Shown: positions 18,871 to 28,950, numbered from the stretch's first letter. The stretch is 56,760 nucleotides of DNA from Aestuariivirga sp. (GCA_039928255.1 JBDSTO010000073.1:1-56760), one strand, 5' to 3'. The notes: a model not told the origin generated them from the sequence alone. A program made the numbers and translations.

Positions 18871-19290
18871 ATGGATCCGATCAGTGCTGCGGCAACAACC
18901 GCATTCTCCGGCCTTAGTGCGCAAAGCATACGGATGAAGGTGATTGCCGAAAACATTGCGAATGCTCAATCCACCGGAAAGACTCCGGGTGCTGACCCAT
19001 ATCGTCGCAAACTGGTGTCATTCGCCAATGTCCTGGACGAAACTCAAAATGCTGCAATGGTGCAGGTCGATCAGTCAGGCGTGGACAAGTCAGCGTTCAA
19101 GGTTGAGCACATTCCAGGCCATCCAGCCGCCGATGCGCAAGGCAACGTGAAGCTTCCGAATGTCGATATGATTGTCGAAATGGCTGACATGAAAGAGGCG
19201 CTCCATTCTTATGACGCAAACCTGCAAGTTATCCGCCAGGGGCGCGAAATGATGTCAGGTCTCGTTGACCTGCTGAGGAGCAACGGATGA
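18871..19290 (+). CDS. flgC: Flagellar basal-body rod protein FlgC
   Basis: AENIANAQST, PYRRK, PGHPAAD, PNVD, SYDANL. Confidence 0.96.
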   Translation: MDPISAAATTAFSGLSAQSIRMKVIAENIANAQSTGKTPGADPYRRKLVSFANVLDETQNAAMVQVDQSGVDKSAFKVEHIPGHPAADAQGNVKLPNVDMIVEMADMKEALHSYDANLQVIRQGREMMSGLVDLLRSNG

Positions 19291-19571
19291 TTGAGCTTGT
19301 TGGTGGGGTTGCCAGGGCTTCTGCAACGCAGGCAGCCAGTGCTGCCGGAAGTGCCCAAGGCCCTCTTGAGGCCGCCAAAGGTTTTGCTACGCATCTCGCC
19401 GAAACAATTCAAGCGGGTGAACAAGCCGCTGTTGGCGGTGTTAATGGCACCATGCCGATGAATGAAGTTGTCCAGAAGGTCATGGAATCGGAACGGGCGC
19501 TTACGACATTGATTTCGGTTCGTGACAAGGCGGTGAGTTCAATCCTTGAACTGACGCGCATGCAAGTGTGA
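19287..19571 (+). CDS. fliE: Flagellar hook-basal body protein FliE
   Basis: C-terminal VRDKAVSSILELTRMQV; position between flgC and flgG. Confidence 0.9.
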   Translation: MIELVGGVARASATQAASAAGSAQGPLEAAKGFATHLAETIQAGEQAAVGGVNGTMPMNEVVQKVMESERALTTLISVRDKAVSSILELTRMQV

Positions 19572-19578
19572 GGGTAAA

Positions 19579-20367
19579 ATGAGAGTTCTTTCAATCGCCG
19601 CAACTGGCATGAGTGCGCAACAGACCAATGTTGAAGTCATTGCCAATAATATTGCCAACGCCAACACCACGGGTTTCAAACGTTCGCGGGCTGAATTCAC
19701 GGATTTGCTTTACCAGATGGAAAAGAATTCATCTGTTCCATCTGCCAATGACCAGAACCTCATTCCAGAAGGTGCTCAACTTGGCCTGGGTGTCAGGTTA
19801 TCTTCAATTCGTAGCATCAATATTCAAGGTGCCATGGCCAATACGGGCAACCAGTTTGATCTTGCCATCAATGGTGCTGGCTGGTTTCAGGTTAAGGGAG
19901 CGGCCGGGCAAACGATCTATACGCGTGCAGGCAGCCTCAATACCGATGCCAACGGCCAGTTGGTGACCGCCAACGGCTTGCCAGTTGAGCCCGCAATTAC
20001 AATTCCGCCTGACACATTGTCGGTCACCGTCAACAAGTCTGGGCAGGTTTTCGCCAAGGTTGCCGGAAGCACGACCGACACCAACATCGGTCAAATGACC
20101 CTCGCCAATTTCGCCAATCCCGCAGGTTTGAAAGCCTTGGGTGATAATATGTTTGAGGCGACAGATGCATCGGGTGCGGCCACGGTTGGTAATCCTGGTG
20201 ACACGGCATTTGGCGTTGTGGAGCAGGGATATCTCGAACAATCAAACGTTGATCCGGTGCAGGAAATTACCGACCTCATCTCGGCGCAGCGCGTTTATGA
20301 ATTGAACTCCAAGGTCATTCAAGCCGCCGACGACATGTCGAGTGTCATCACCAAAGGCTTGCGCTGA
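19579..20367 (+). CDS. flgG: Flagellar basal-body rod protein FlgG
   Basis: ANNIANANTTGFK, FTDLLYQ, YTRAG, GYLEQSNVD, YELNSKVI. Confidence 0.96.
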   Translation: MRVLSIAATGMSAQQTNVEVIANNIANANTTGFKRSRAEFTDLLYQMEKNSSVPSANDQNLIPEGAQLGLGVRLSSIRSINIQGAMANTGNQFDLAINGAGWFQVKGAAGQTIYTRAGSLNTDANGQLVTANGLPVEPAITIPPDTLSVTVNKSGQVFAKVAGSTTDTNIGQMTLANFANPAGLKALGDNMFEATDASGAATVGNPGDTAFGVVEQGYLEQSNVDPVQEITDLISAQRVYELNSKVIQAADDMSSVITKGLR

Positions 20368-20829
20368 ATGAAAAAATGGGCCGCCATGTTCTGCGCTGCC
20401 ACCATCGGCCTTTTCGGCTGTGGTGTGGCTTGTGCGGACACTATGGCGCTTCCCGTTCCTGCCCGAACAATCTTCCCCGGCCAGCAGATTCAAGATGCAG
20501 ATTTTACGCAAAAAGATTTTGAAGTATCCGATATCGCCAAACTAAATTTCGTCGTCAGCCTCGATCAAATGCAGGACAAGGAGGCGACCAAGGTTTTGCC
20601 CGTAGGCAAGGCCATTCCCTTGGCTGCGCTGGTCAAGGCCAATGACGTGCGCAAGGGCAAGGAAGCAATTGCACATTTTATTGCCGAAGGCATCGACATT
20701 CAGGGTGTTCTTTCACCCCTTAAGGATGGGGTGGCGGGCCAAATTGTGCCTTGCCGCAATCCGTCCAGTGGCCTCACTGTAGATGCACTCGTGATGGCTG
20801 ACGGCAGCCTCAGCGTTTCTCAAAAATGA
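20368..20829 (+). CDS. flgA: Flagellar P-ring chaperone FlgA
   Basis: Signal peptide, VPARTIFPG SAF-like region, RNPSSG; position between flgG and flgI. Confidence 0.82.
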   Translation: MKKWAAMFCAATIGLFGCGVACADTMALPVPARTIFPGQQIQDADFTQKDFEVSDIAKLNFVVSLDQMQDKEATKVLPVGKAIPLAALVKANDVRKGKEAIAHFIAEGIDIQGVLSPLKDGVAGQIVPCRNPSSGLTVDALVMADGSLSVSQK

Positions 20830-21929
20830 TTTCCCGTGTGTTCATCGCCTTGCTGCTCTTTCTGATGGCGGACGTCAGCGCCATGGCGCGCAGCCGCATC
20901 AAGGACATTACGTCCGTGCAGGGCATCCGCGACAACCAGCTCGTGGGCTATGGTCTGGTGATTGGCCTTGCGGGCACTGGCGATGGTTTAAAGAATTCGC
21001 CGTTCACTGAAATTTCAATGCAATCAATGTTGCAGAAGCTCGGCGTGAAGCTTGAGCCCGGTTCCATTGGTTCAAAGAACGTGGCAGCTGTCGTAGTTAC
21101 GGCAACTTTGCCGCCCTTTGTTGCCGAAGGCAGTCGCATCGATGTGAGTGTTTCCTCACTGGGTGACGCGGCATCACTGAAAGGTGGCGTGCTTGTGATG
21201 ACGCCGCTTTTGGCCGCAGACGGATCACCCTATGCCGTGGCACAAGGCGCTGTTGCGGCTGGAGGTTTTCAAGCTGCGGGGCAGGCCACCACGGTGACGC
21301 AAGGTGTGCCGACCACGGGGCGCATTCCCAACGGTGCCATTGTCGAGAAGAACAATACGGCTGAGATCAACAAGGTCGATGACTTTGCCTTGCAACTCGT
21401 CAATCCGGATTTCAAGACTGCCGCCGTCATTGCCAAGGCCATCAATGTATTTGCCGTGAAACATTATGGTGGTCCAATTGCCCAAGCCCATGATTTCAGG
21501 ACGATTGATGTAAAGCGGCCGCCTGCTGTCACGGCCTCCAATCTGTTTGCGGAAATTGGTGAGCTTCTTGTGGAGCCAGAGACCGCTGCAAGAATTGTTA
21601 TTGATGAAAAAAACGGAACCATTGTGATGGGCGATGATGTGCGACTGTCCCCTGTAGCAATTTCGCATGGCAACATCGTGATCAAGGTCACGGAGCAGCC
21701 AATTGTGGTTCAGCCACTGCCTTTGTCTAATGGTGTGACGGCCATACAGCCACAGACGGATATTTCTGTTGCTGAAACCGGCGGAAACCTTGCTGTGCTG
21801 CGTGGCCCTACACTCGAGACGCTTGTTGCAGGTCTCAACCGCATGGGTTTGAAACCCAATGACATGATTTCGATTCTGCAGACGATCAAGGCGGCCGGCG
21901 CACTTCAGGCCGACCTCATCATACAATAG
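20826..21929 (+). CDS. flgI: Flagellar P-ring protein FlgI
   Basis: RIKDI, NQLVGYGLVIGLAGTGD, KNVAAV, AGALQA. Confidence 0.96.
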   Translation: MISRVFIALLLFLMADVSAMARSRIKDITSVQGIRDNQLVGYGLVIGLAGTGDGLKNSPFTEISMQSMLQKLGVKLEPGSIGSKNVAAVVVTATLPPFVAEGSRIDVSVSSLGDAASLKGGVLVMTPLLAADGSPYAVAQGAVAAGGFQAAGQATTVTQGVPTTGRIPNGAIVEKNNTAEINKVDDFALQLVNPDFKTAAVIAKAINVFAVKHYGGPIAQAHDFRTIDVKRPPAVTASNLFAEIGELLVEPETAARIVIDEKNGTIVMGDDVRLSPVAISHGNIVIKVTEQPIVVQPLPLSNGVTAIQPQTDISVAETGGNLAVLRGPTLETLVAGLNRMGLKPNDMISILQTIKAAGALQADLIIQ

Positions 21930-22457
21930 ATGGTTGAAACGCGGGCCATGGACAGGACAACGACCAAAGTTGCATTAGGTTTTATGATGACGGTCAGTCT
22001 TATGTTGATCCAAGCGACGCTGACTGCGGCACACTCTGAATCGAGCAATCAAACCCCGGCGCTGGCCCAAGATTACTGTGCGTCCTTTGTGAAAGAGGCG
22101 GAAAACGCCCGCGAAAGCCGCCAAAAGGTGGAGCTTGATGCCCTCAATGAAACTCTCGACAAGAAGCTTGCCCAAATCAATGAGAAGACCGCCCAACTTG
22201 AAAATTGGGTAAGCCAGCGCGAGGCCATTATGGCCCAGGCAACAACTTCGGTCTTGAAGATTTACGATTCAATGGATCCCCTTGTCGCTTCGCAGGAAAT
22301 TGCGAAGCTTGATCTGGTTGCTGCCTCGTCCATCTTGCGGAAGATGAAGCCGAAGAAGGCCAGTGACATTTTGAAGGAAATGCCGCCCACTACTGCGGCG
22401 CGGATCATTGCCGTCATCAGTTCAGAAGCTAATCTCGTTCAGAGTGGTACACCGTGA
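21930..22457 (+). CDS. motE: MotE-family periplasmic chaperone
   Basis: Signal peptide, YC, coiled coil, IYDSMDP, ILKEMPP; position between flgI and flgH. Confidence 0.8.
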   Translation: MVETRAMDRTTTKVALGFMMTVSLMLIQATLTAAHSESSNQTPALAQDYCASFVKEAENARESRQKVELDALNETLDKKLAQINEKTAQLENWVSQREAIMAQATTSVLKIYDSMDPLVASQEIAKLDLVAASSILRKMKPKKASDILKEMPPTTAARIIAVISSEANLVQSGTP

Positions 22458-23158
22458 AACTCAATCTTGTCATTTGCCATGCGTTGATTTGTGCCAGCCT
22501 TTGCGGGTGCAGTGCTTATACGGAAAAGTTGGTGGAGGGGCCTGACCTTTCGCCAGTTGGAAGTGGCTTGAGCCCATCGCAGCGGGGTGAAGTGACCAGC
22601 AGCTATGTGGAAGCTGCCTCAGCCAAGCAGGATTGGGTGGGTGGTCCTGCCGACTATTTCCGGGATTCGCGCGCGCGGCACACCGGTGATCTCATCAGCG
22701 TGCGCATCAGCATCAATGACAATGCCAATTTCAACAGCACGTCGGATCGTTCACGCAAGTCCAGCGCCAATGGAACGGCGAGCTTTGATCTTGGGATCGG
22801 CCCCTTGGTCGGCAAAGGAAATGGCACGGGTGCTGCCAAAAATGATTCGGCTTCGAGCGGGCAGGGCACTGTTACGCGATCTGAAAAATTGAACCTTTCA
22901 CTTACTGTTGTGGTCCGCGATGTCTATCCCAATGGCACAATGTTTGTAGAAGGGTCCCAGGAAGTTCTGGTAAATCTTGAAAAGCGCGTGGTCCATGTGT
23001 CGGGTATTGTTGATCCACGCTTCATTAATTCGGACAACAGTGTGGATTATAGCAAGATTGCTGAAGCCCGCATTTCCTATGGCGGCTCGGGCAAAGTGAG
23101 CGAAGCGCAGAAGCCGCGTTGGGGCGTGCAACTTTGGGACAAGTTTAGCCCTTTCTAA
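22454..23158 (+). CDS. flgH: Flagellar L-ring protein FlgH
   Basis: Lipobox LCGC, FRDSRA, GDLI, KIAEARISYGG. Confidence 0.94.
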   Translation: MKLNLVICHALICASLCGCSAYTEKLVEGPDLSPVGSGLSPSQRGEVTSSYVEAASAKQDWVGGPADYFRDSRARHTGDLISVRISINDNANFNSTSDRSRKSSANGTASFDLGIGPLVGKGNGTGAAKNDSASSGQGTVTRSEKLNLSLTVVVRDVYPNGTMFVEGSQEVLVNLEKRVVHVSGIVDPRFINSDNSVDYSKIAEARISYGGSGKVSEAQKPRWGVQLWDKFSPF

Positions 23159-23166
23159 TCACCCTC

Positions 23167-23739
23167 ATGGCTGATCAGGAGAAATCAAAGTCCGGGGCAA
23201 TGCAATTGGTGCTGGGCTTGGCCATTGTTACAGTCGTCGGACTGGGGGCGGGCTTTGGCTTGTCCACGATGTTCCCCAAGCCAGATGCAGTTGCGGCTGC
23301 TTCGGCCAATTCTGCTACAAAGCCCGCGGCTGATGGCCATGGCAAGGCTGAAGTTCATGGCACGGGCAAAGATGCAGCCAAGGTCGAACCTCCGCCTGAA
23401 ACCGTGGCTGCCGCTGCGGCGGACTTCAATCCAGCGGACCTCAAGGATGTGGTTCTCACCCCCTTTGCTCCTATCACCGCCAACATTGCCGTGCCGGATA
23501 CGGTGTGGTTGAGGCTGGAAGGCAGCATGGCCGTGAAGGCCAAAGATGGAATCAAGCCCTCTGAGGTGGTGCAATTGGCGTCCAACAAAATGGTTGCCTA
23601 TGTGAAGACGCTAAAGCTCACCGATATACAGGGGCCTGTCGGCTTTCTGGCCTTAAACAGCGACCTCAATGAAATCGCGCGCAATGCAACTGATGGTCAG
23701 GCCCGCTCTGTCCTCATATCCGGATTTATCGTCGAATGA
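23167..23739 (+). CDS. fliL: Flagellar basal-body associated protein FliL
   Basis: N-terminal TM, PITANI...WLRLE; position between flgH and fliP. Confidence 0.8.
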   Translation: MADQEKSKSGAMQLVLGLAIVTVVGLGAGFGLSTMFPKPDAVAAASANSATKPAADGHGKAEVHGTGKDAAKVEPPPETVAAAAADFNPADLKDVVLTPFAPITANIAVPDTVWLRLEGSMAVKAKDGIKPSEVVQLASNKMVAYVKTLKLTDIQGPVGFLALNSDLNEIARNATDGQARSVLISGFIVE

Positions 23740-24485
23740 AGAAGATCACCCTGGCCATGGCCCTATTGGCATTGGGGGCTTTCCCGGCTCTGGCGCAGAC
23801 GGCACCCAGTGTGGGTCAGACTGCGAATGACCTGTTGCCGAATATTGATCTCTCCACCTCCTCGAAGATGATTCAATATGTAATCCTCATCACGGCCTTG
23901 TCTCTGGCGCCGAGCCTTGTCGTGATGACCACCAGCTTCACCCGTATCATTGTCGCGCTGTCATTCCTGCGCAGCGGCCTTGGCATGCAGACGACGCCTG
24001 CGAATATTGTTATTGTGTCGCTTGCCCTTATCTTGACGGGCTATGTCATGGCACCGACGATCGATCAGGCATGGACCAATGGCATTAAGCCCTTTAGCGA
24101 CGGACAAATCACGCAGGTTGAAGCAATCCAGAAGACGGCAGAGCCGTTCCGCGTTTTCATGCAGCATAATGTGCGGGAAAAGGAATTGGCATTGTTTCAG
24201 GGATTGGCCGATCAAGCCGAATTTGGCCCACAAGCCTCAGTTGACGATTTTCGAATTCTGGTTCCAGCCTTCATGGTGTCTGAACTGCGGCGCGGTTTTG
24301 AAATCGGCTTTTTGATCATTCTACCATTTCTCATTATCGACATTGCGGTCGCCACGATCACCATGTCGATGGGCATGATGATGTTGCCGCCCACAGTATT
24401 GTCGCTGCCTTTCAAGGTGATGTTCTTTGTCTTGATCGACGGGTGGAGCCTTTTGGTTGGCAATCTTGTCAGGTCATTCCACTAG
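23736..24485 (+). CDS. fliP: Flagellar export protein FliP
   Basis: TSFTRI, PAFMVSEL, MGMMMLPP, LPFK, DGW. Confidence 0.97.
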   Translation: MKKITLAMALLALGAFPALAQTAPSVGQTANDLLPNIDLSTSSKMIQYVILITALSLAPSLVVMTTSFTRIIVALSFLRSGLGMQTTPANIVIVSLALILTGYVMAPTIDQAWTNGIKPFSDGQITQVEAIQKTAEPFRVFMQHNVREKELALFQGLADQAEFGPQASVDDFRILVPAFMVSELRRGFEIGFLIILPFLIIDIAVATITMSMGMMMLPPTVLSLPFKVMFFVLIDGWSLLVGNLVRSFH

Positions 24486-24488
24486 AAA

Positions 24489-24504
24489 TTAAGCCCTTGT
24501 TAAC
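24489..24504 (+). promoter_or_regulatory. CtrA box upstream of flagellin 1
   Basis: TTAA-GCCCTTG-TTAAC. Confidence 0.75.
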
Positions 24505-24575
24505 CCTGCCATAAATGCAGGCACGAACTAACTCTACATTAACAGTTGCCAGCTATCGTCTGTTTCATAGCAGAT

Positions 24576-24639
24576 CGTGGAATGATCCACGCGGCAATTT
24601 GTGCCTTTCAGCTATTCCGGTTTTGGCCCGGCATGTTCC
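24576..24639 (+). promoter_or_regulatory. Conserved structured 5' leader of flagellin 1 (candidate FlbT/FlaF-responsive element)
   Basis: GTGGA-ATGA-TCCAC, GGCA-ATTTG-TGCC, ATTCCGG-N7-CCGGCATGTTCC; paralleled at 25699-25757. Confidence 0.55.
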
Positions 24640-24684
24640 CCTCAAAAAAAGCAAAATCAACAAGTCTTTATTTGGAGCATAGCC

Positions 24685-25593
24685 ATGTCTAGCATTCTTA
24701 CCAACACCGCTGCCCTTACCGCTCTTTCGTCTTTGAACAAGACCCAGTCAGATCTTCAAATGACGCAGAACCGCATTTCGACGGGCTTGCGTGTTTCATC
24801 TGCCTCCGACAACGCAGCTTATTGGTCAATCGCCACGACCATGCGCTCGGACAACAGCTCACTCTCGACCGTAAAGGATTCCTTGGGCCTTGGCGCATCG
24901 ACTGCCAACGTTGCTTATACGGGAACCAACGCGGCCATTGACCTTGCCACCCAGATCAAGAACAAGCTGGTAACCGCTCTGCAGCCTGGCGTTGATCGTG
25001 CCAAGATCCAGGCAGACATTACGCAGTTGCAGAAGCAATTGAAGAGCACTGCTGATTCAAGCACGATCGCCGGTCAGAACCTGCTGTCCGTTGATTCGAG
25101 TGCCGCCAACTACAACGCCACTGCTTCGACGATGGCTTCCTACACGCGCTCTGGCGGTGTAATCAGCACGGGCACAATCGACATCAGCGTCACAACCTCG
25201 AAGCTTTATGACTCCGCTGACCAGAGCGGCTTGCTCGACAAGGTTGGCACCAGCGGTTCGTCGGTTGACAATCTCGACATCTCGGCCCTCACCGACAGTG
25301 CTGCTGACGCAGTAAAGTTGAAGGCGATGATTGCCGATGTCGACACGTCGATCTCGGGCATGACGACTTCAGCATCGAACCTGGGTGCTGCCCAGACCCG
25401 CATGAAGAACCAGTCAACGTTTATCGATGCTTTGTCGAATGCCATCACAAGCGGCATCGGCACTTTGGTTGACGCTGACATGACCGAAGAATCAACCAAG
25501 CTCTCTGCTCTGCAGGTTCAGCAACAGTTGGGCACACAGGCTCTGAGCATTGCCAACCAGAGCTCGCAGTCGATCCTGTCGCTTTTCCGCTAA
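24685..25593 (+). CDS. fliC: Flagellin
   Basis: MSSILTN, RISTGLRV, DNAAYWSIATTM, LVDADM, QALSIAN; start ATG 24685 with GGAG RBS. Confidence 0.97.
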   Translation: MSSILTNTAALTALSSLNKTQSDLQMTQNRISTGLRVSSASDNAAYWSIATTMRSDNSSLSTVKDSLGLGASTANVAYTGTNAAIDLATQIKNKLVTALQPGVDRAKIQADITQLQKQLKSTADSSTIAGQNLLSVDSSAANYNATASTMASYTRSGGVISTGTIDISVTTSKLYDSADQSGLLDKVGTSGSSVDNLDISALTDSAADAVKLKAMIADVDTSISGMTTSASNLGAAQTRMKNQSTFIDALSNAITSGIGTLVDADMTEESTKLSALQVQQQLGTQALSIANQSSQSILSLFR

Positions 25594-25620
25594 TAAAATA
25601 GCGTCAAACTGACATCCACG

Positions 25621-25656
25621 GGTTAGAGCGTGCCGTCCTCGGACGGCCGCTTAACT
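25621..25656 (+). terminator. Stem-loop downstream of flagellin 1
   Basis: GCG-TGCCGTCC-TC-GGACGGC-CGC inverted repeat, extendable GGTTA/TAACT; no strong U-tract. Confidence 0.45.
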
Positions 25657-25666
25657 CGCGGTTAAC
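25651..25666 (+). promoter_or_regulatory. CtrA box upstream of flagellin 2
   Basis: TTAA-CTCGCGG-TTAAC. Confidence 0.75.
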
Positions 25667-25698
25667 CAATATCGAAGTATTCCGGTCTCATGACGAAG

Positions 25699-25757
25699 GT
25701 GGAGAAATCCACTTGGCATGAGGCCTTTTCGTCATTCCGGATGATCCGGCATGTTCC
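25699..25757 (+). promoter_or_regulatory. Conserved structured 5' leader of flagellin 2
   Basis: GTGGA-GAAA-TCCAC, GGC-ATGAG-GCC, ATTCCGG-N5-CCGGCATGTTCC. Confidence 0.55.
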
Positions 25758-25790
25758 TGTAGCTCAACTTACTCTTGCAAGGACATCGGG

Positions 25791-26714
25791 ATGACAAGCA
25801 TCAATACAAACCGCGCAGCCATGACGGCGCTCGCCAGCTTGAACGCAACCAACATGAAACTGGATGCAGCGCAGCAGCGTATCTCCACTGGTCTTCGGGT
25901 CAGTTCTGCACAGGACAATGCTGCATACTGGTCGATCGCGACCACCATGAAGTCTGACAATTCATCACTTTCAACGGTCAAGGATGCTCTGGGTCTCGGA
26001 GCTGCGACCGTCGACGTGACATACACTGCCCTCAACAGTACCATTACTGTTGCACAACAGATCAAAGACAAGCTGGTCGCAGCTCTTCAGCCGGGCGTTG
26101 ATCGCTCAAAGATCCAATCTGATATCAAGAGCCTCCAAGACCAACTCAAGTCAACTGCTGATTCGGCAAATTTCTCCGGCTCGAACTGGCTGTCGGAAGA
26201 TTCTTCTGATCCAAGCTACAATGCCACCAAGTCCATCGTGTCGTCTTTCCAAAGAGACTCCACCGGCATCTCGATTCAGACAATTACTTTTGATGGAACG
26301 ACCAGCAAGCTTTTCGATCCTTCGAATCAATCAGGTATTCTCGACAAGACCTCGACAACGACGAACGGCAACGTGGTTTACTCCGTTTCGACCCTCGACA
26401 TCTCCACAATGACTGACTCACCCGCCAATACCGCAGACCTGACTGAAATGATCAAAACGGTGGATGCTGCAATCGGTTCGATGACCAGTTCTGCCGCCGG
26501 TCTTGGCGCGATGAAAACACGAATCGATTCACAGAGCAGCTTCATCTCATCGCTTATGGACGCGATTACGCGCGGTGTCGGTACTTTGGTTGACGCAGAC
26601 ATGAGCGAAGAATCAACCAAGCTCCAAGCTCTGCAAGTGCAGCAGCAATTGGGCACCCAAGCTCTAAGCATCGCCAATCAGAGCAGCCAGAGCATCTTGT
26701 CACTGTTCAAATAA
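25791..26714 (+). CDS. fliC: Flagellin
   Basis: MTSINTN, RISTGLRV, DNAAYWSIATTM, LVDADMSEESTKL; paralog of 24685-25593. Confidence 0.97.
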   Translation: MTSINTNRAAMTALASLNATNMKLDAAQQRISTGLRVSSAQDNAAYWSIATTMKSDNSSLSTVKDALGLGAATVDVTYTALNSTITVAQQIKDKLVAALQPGVDRSKIQSDIKSLQDQLKSTADSANFSGSNWLSEDSSDPSYNATKSIVSSFQRDSTGISIQTITFDGTTSKLFDPSNQSGILDKTSTTTNGNVVYSVSTLDISTMTDSPANTADLTEMIKTVDAAIGSMTSSAAGLGAMKTRIDSQSSFISSLMDAITRGVGTLVDADMSEESTKLQALQVQQQLGTQALSIANQSSQSILSLFK

Positions 26715-26776
26715 GCCGCACTGAGCAGTTGAAGAACGAGTTGCACTAGGCTCTGAGCGAAACGGTAAGTTTGAAG

Positions 26777-28399
26777 ATGCAGTTTCTGGTTTACGCTTTA
26801 AATGCGGCAAAAAACATCGGCGTAAAACGCGGTGTTTCCTTGCTGGTCGCTATGGCCGTTTTCGTCGGCATGCTGACCTTGAGCACAGTCTATTTCAACA
26901 AGCCGGTCAGGGACGTCCTTTATTCGGGACTGGGTCCGGAAGACGTCAACCAGATTGGTCTCGTCCTTGCGGAAAGCGGCATTGCGTTTGACGTGAACGA
27001 GGCGGGGACTTCGGTTCTCGTCGACTACGGCAAGACTGCGCAGGCCCGCATGATTTTGGCCGAGAAAGGGCTGCCCAAAAGCGACAAGGCCGGATATCAG
27101 CTTTTTGACCAGATGGGTTCGCTGGGCCTCACGTCATTCATGCAACAGGTTACAAGGGTGAGAGCTCTTGAAGGCGAACTCGTCCGCACCATCCAACAGA
27201 TCGATGGCGTGAAGACGGCGCGCGTTCACTTGGCCCTAAAGCCGGAAAACAGCTTCCACGGCAAGGAGGATGCAGCAACAGCATCAGTTGTCATCAGAAC
27301 GACAGGGCGCCCTTCCGAGCAGACAACGAACTCGATCCGTCAGCTTGTTGCCGCCGCCATTCCTGGTCTCTTGCCCGAACACGTCACAGTGATGACGACC
27401 GATGGCACGATGCTCAGCAATAGTTCCTCGGCCGCCAGCGCGCCGACTGATCATTTGCTTGAATTAGAGAAGACAGTATCGGATGAAGCGCAGGCCCGTA
27501 TTGAGAGGACGATTTCACCTTTGGCGGGCATGAGCAATATTCGCGTCAGTGTCACCGCAGATCTGAACGCCGACAAGAAGCAAATCAACGAAACTAATTT
27601 TGACCCCGACTCCAAAATCGAACGGTCGACCCGAACGGTCAAGTCTTCTGATACCAGCAGTGATGGTGCTGGTCCGGGATCTGTTTCGGTTGATCAGAAT
27701 GTTCCGCAGGAAGTCAAACCCGGCGGCGGCGGGGATGCGTCTTCGAAGAAAAAGGAAAGCAAAGAAGAGACCGTCAACTATGAAGTGAACAGCAAGCAGA
27801 CGACAACTGCTGTGGACGGTTACAAAATTGAAAAACTTTCAATGGCTGTGGTTGTCAACAAGCAGGCCCTGCTCAAACTTCAAGGTGCCAATCCCGATGA
27901 GAAGAAGCTGGATGTCGCGCTGAAAGAAATCGAGGCAGTCGCAAAATCCGCGGCCGGTTTTGATGAAAAGCGTGGCGATATCATCCATGTTTCGGCGGTT
28001 GATTTCATGCCTGAAGATGCGACGCTGGAGCCAGTTCCAAGTGCGGGCGCCTTGGAAACCCTCAAAGGTAATCTGGGGACGATCATCAATGCCTTCGCTT
28101 TTATCCTTGTCACCTTGCTGGTGTTGCTGTTGGGCTTGAAGCCGACACTCAAGGCCGTAGCGTCAATGGGTACGCCCGATGCAAAACAACTTGCCGCCAA
28201 TGCTGCTCAAGCCGCCCTTGGTCAACAACAGGCGCTGGGTGTGGCCGCGAATGCTGATTTCGCGCCCGGCATGGAGCATTCAGGCAGCGCCAGCGACGGA
28301 CCTCGTGACCGCTTGAACAGGGTTATCGGGGGCGACACGGAACGCGCCGCGCAAGTTCTCAAGCAATGGCTGAATGAAAAGCCTGGTGAAGCGGCATGA
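26777..28399 (+). CDS. fliF: Flagellar MS-ring protein FliF
   Basis: LYSGL, LAEKGLP, GLTSFMQQV, ALEGELVRTI, ARVHLA, AAGFDEKRGD; two TM helices. Confidence 0.96.
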   Translation: MQFLVYALNAAKNIGVKRGVSLLVAMAVFVGMLTLSTVYFNKPVRDVLYSGLGPEDVNQIGLVLAESGIAFDVNEAGTSVLVDYGKTAQARMILAEKGLPKSDKAGYQLFDQMGSLGLTSFMQQVTRVRALEGELVRTIQQIDGVKTARVHLALKPENSFHGKEDAATASVVIRTTGRPSEQTTNSIRQLVAAAIPGLLPEHVTVMTTDGTMLSNSSSAASAPTDHLLELEKTVSDEAQARIERTISPLAGMSNIRVSVTADLNADKKQINETNFDPDSKIERSTRTVKSSDTSSDGAGPGSVSVDQNVPQEVKPGGGGDASSKKKESKEETVNYEVNSKQTTTAVDGYKIEKLSMAVVVNKQALLKLQGANPDEKKLDVALKEIEAVAKSAAGFDEKRGDIIHVSAVDFMPEDATLEPVPSAGALETLKGNLGTIINAFAFILVTLLVLLLGLKPTLKAVASMGTPDAKQLAANAAQAALGQQQALGVAANADFAPGMEHSGSASDGPRDRLNRVIGGDTERAAQVLKQWLNEKPGEAA

Positions 28400-28950
28400 T
28401 TCTTCTCTCTGACTGGGCCAATTTTCGCAAAACCCCTGTCACTTCCCTGCCGGAAGTTGAAGACGTCGGCGTTCCTGAGGGTGAGACCAGTGTAGCGGAT
28501 TTGGTTGATCTGCTGGTCGACAATTTACAAGTTGCAAGCCGTCACAGCCAGGCCGCGCTTGTTCGCCTGGAAATGAAAGCGAAACTCGATGCATTGGCGG
28601 TGCGTATTGACTCGCAACTCAAAACGGATCTTTCAAAGTTGCAGGCGGAAATTAACCGACAATTGAAGGCGCTGTTTTCTCCTTTGATCAACGAGCGGCT
28701 GGAAGCGAAAGCAATTGAAGATTTTTGTAGCGGTCTTGCTGCTGCGGTTGGAAAAGATACGACCAGACAGCTGGTCATAGCAGTACCACCTGAACTGCGT
28801 GAGCGTTTGGCCGCAAGGCTTGCCCTGACCGATTTGAACATGAGCATTGTCCCTGCAGAAGTGCAGGAGATTTCAACCTCAATTGAGGCCACAGAAATTA
28901 CGACCGAGATCGGTAAATGGAAAGCTGATCTGCAAAGATTGCTCACATGA
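28396..28950 (+). CDS. Hypothetical flagellar protein (possible divergent FliH-like)
   Basis: ATGA overlaps with fliF and motB; helical N-terminus, IAVPPEL...TEITTEIGKW C-terminus. Confidence 0.65.
   Translation: MILLSDWANFRKTPVTSLPEVEDVGVPEGETSVADLVDLLVDNLQVASRHSQAALVRLEMKAKLDALAVRIDSQLKTDLSKLQAEINRQLKALFSPLINERLEAKAIEDFCSGLAAAVGKDTTRQLVIAVPPELRERLAARLALTDLNMSIVPAEVQEISTSIEATEITTEIGKWKADLQRLLT

Noticed and set aside
24685-26714. Repeated sequence blocks as a mobile or tandem repeat element
   Set aside because: Explained by conserved N- and C-termini of two paralogous flagellins
26715-26776. Class II promoter motif upstream of fliF
   Set aside because: TAGGCT is present, but no RCAAG at the N10 spacing
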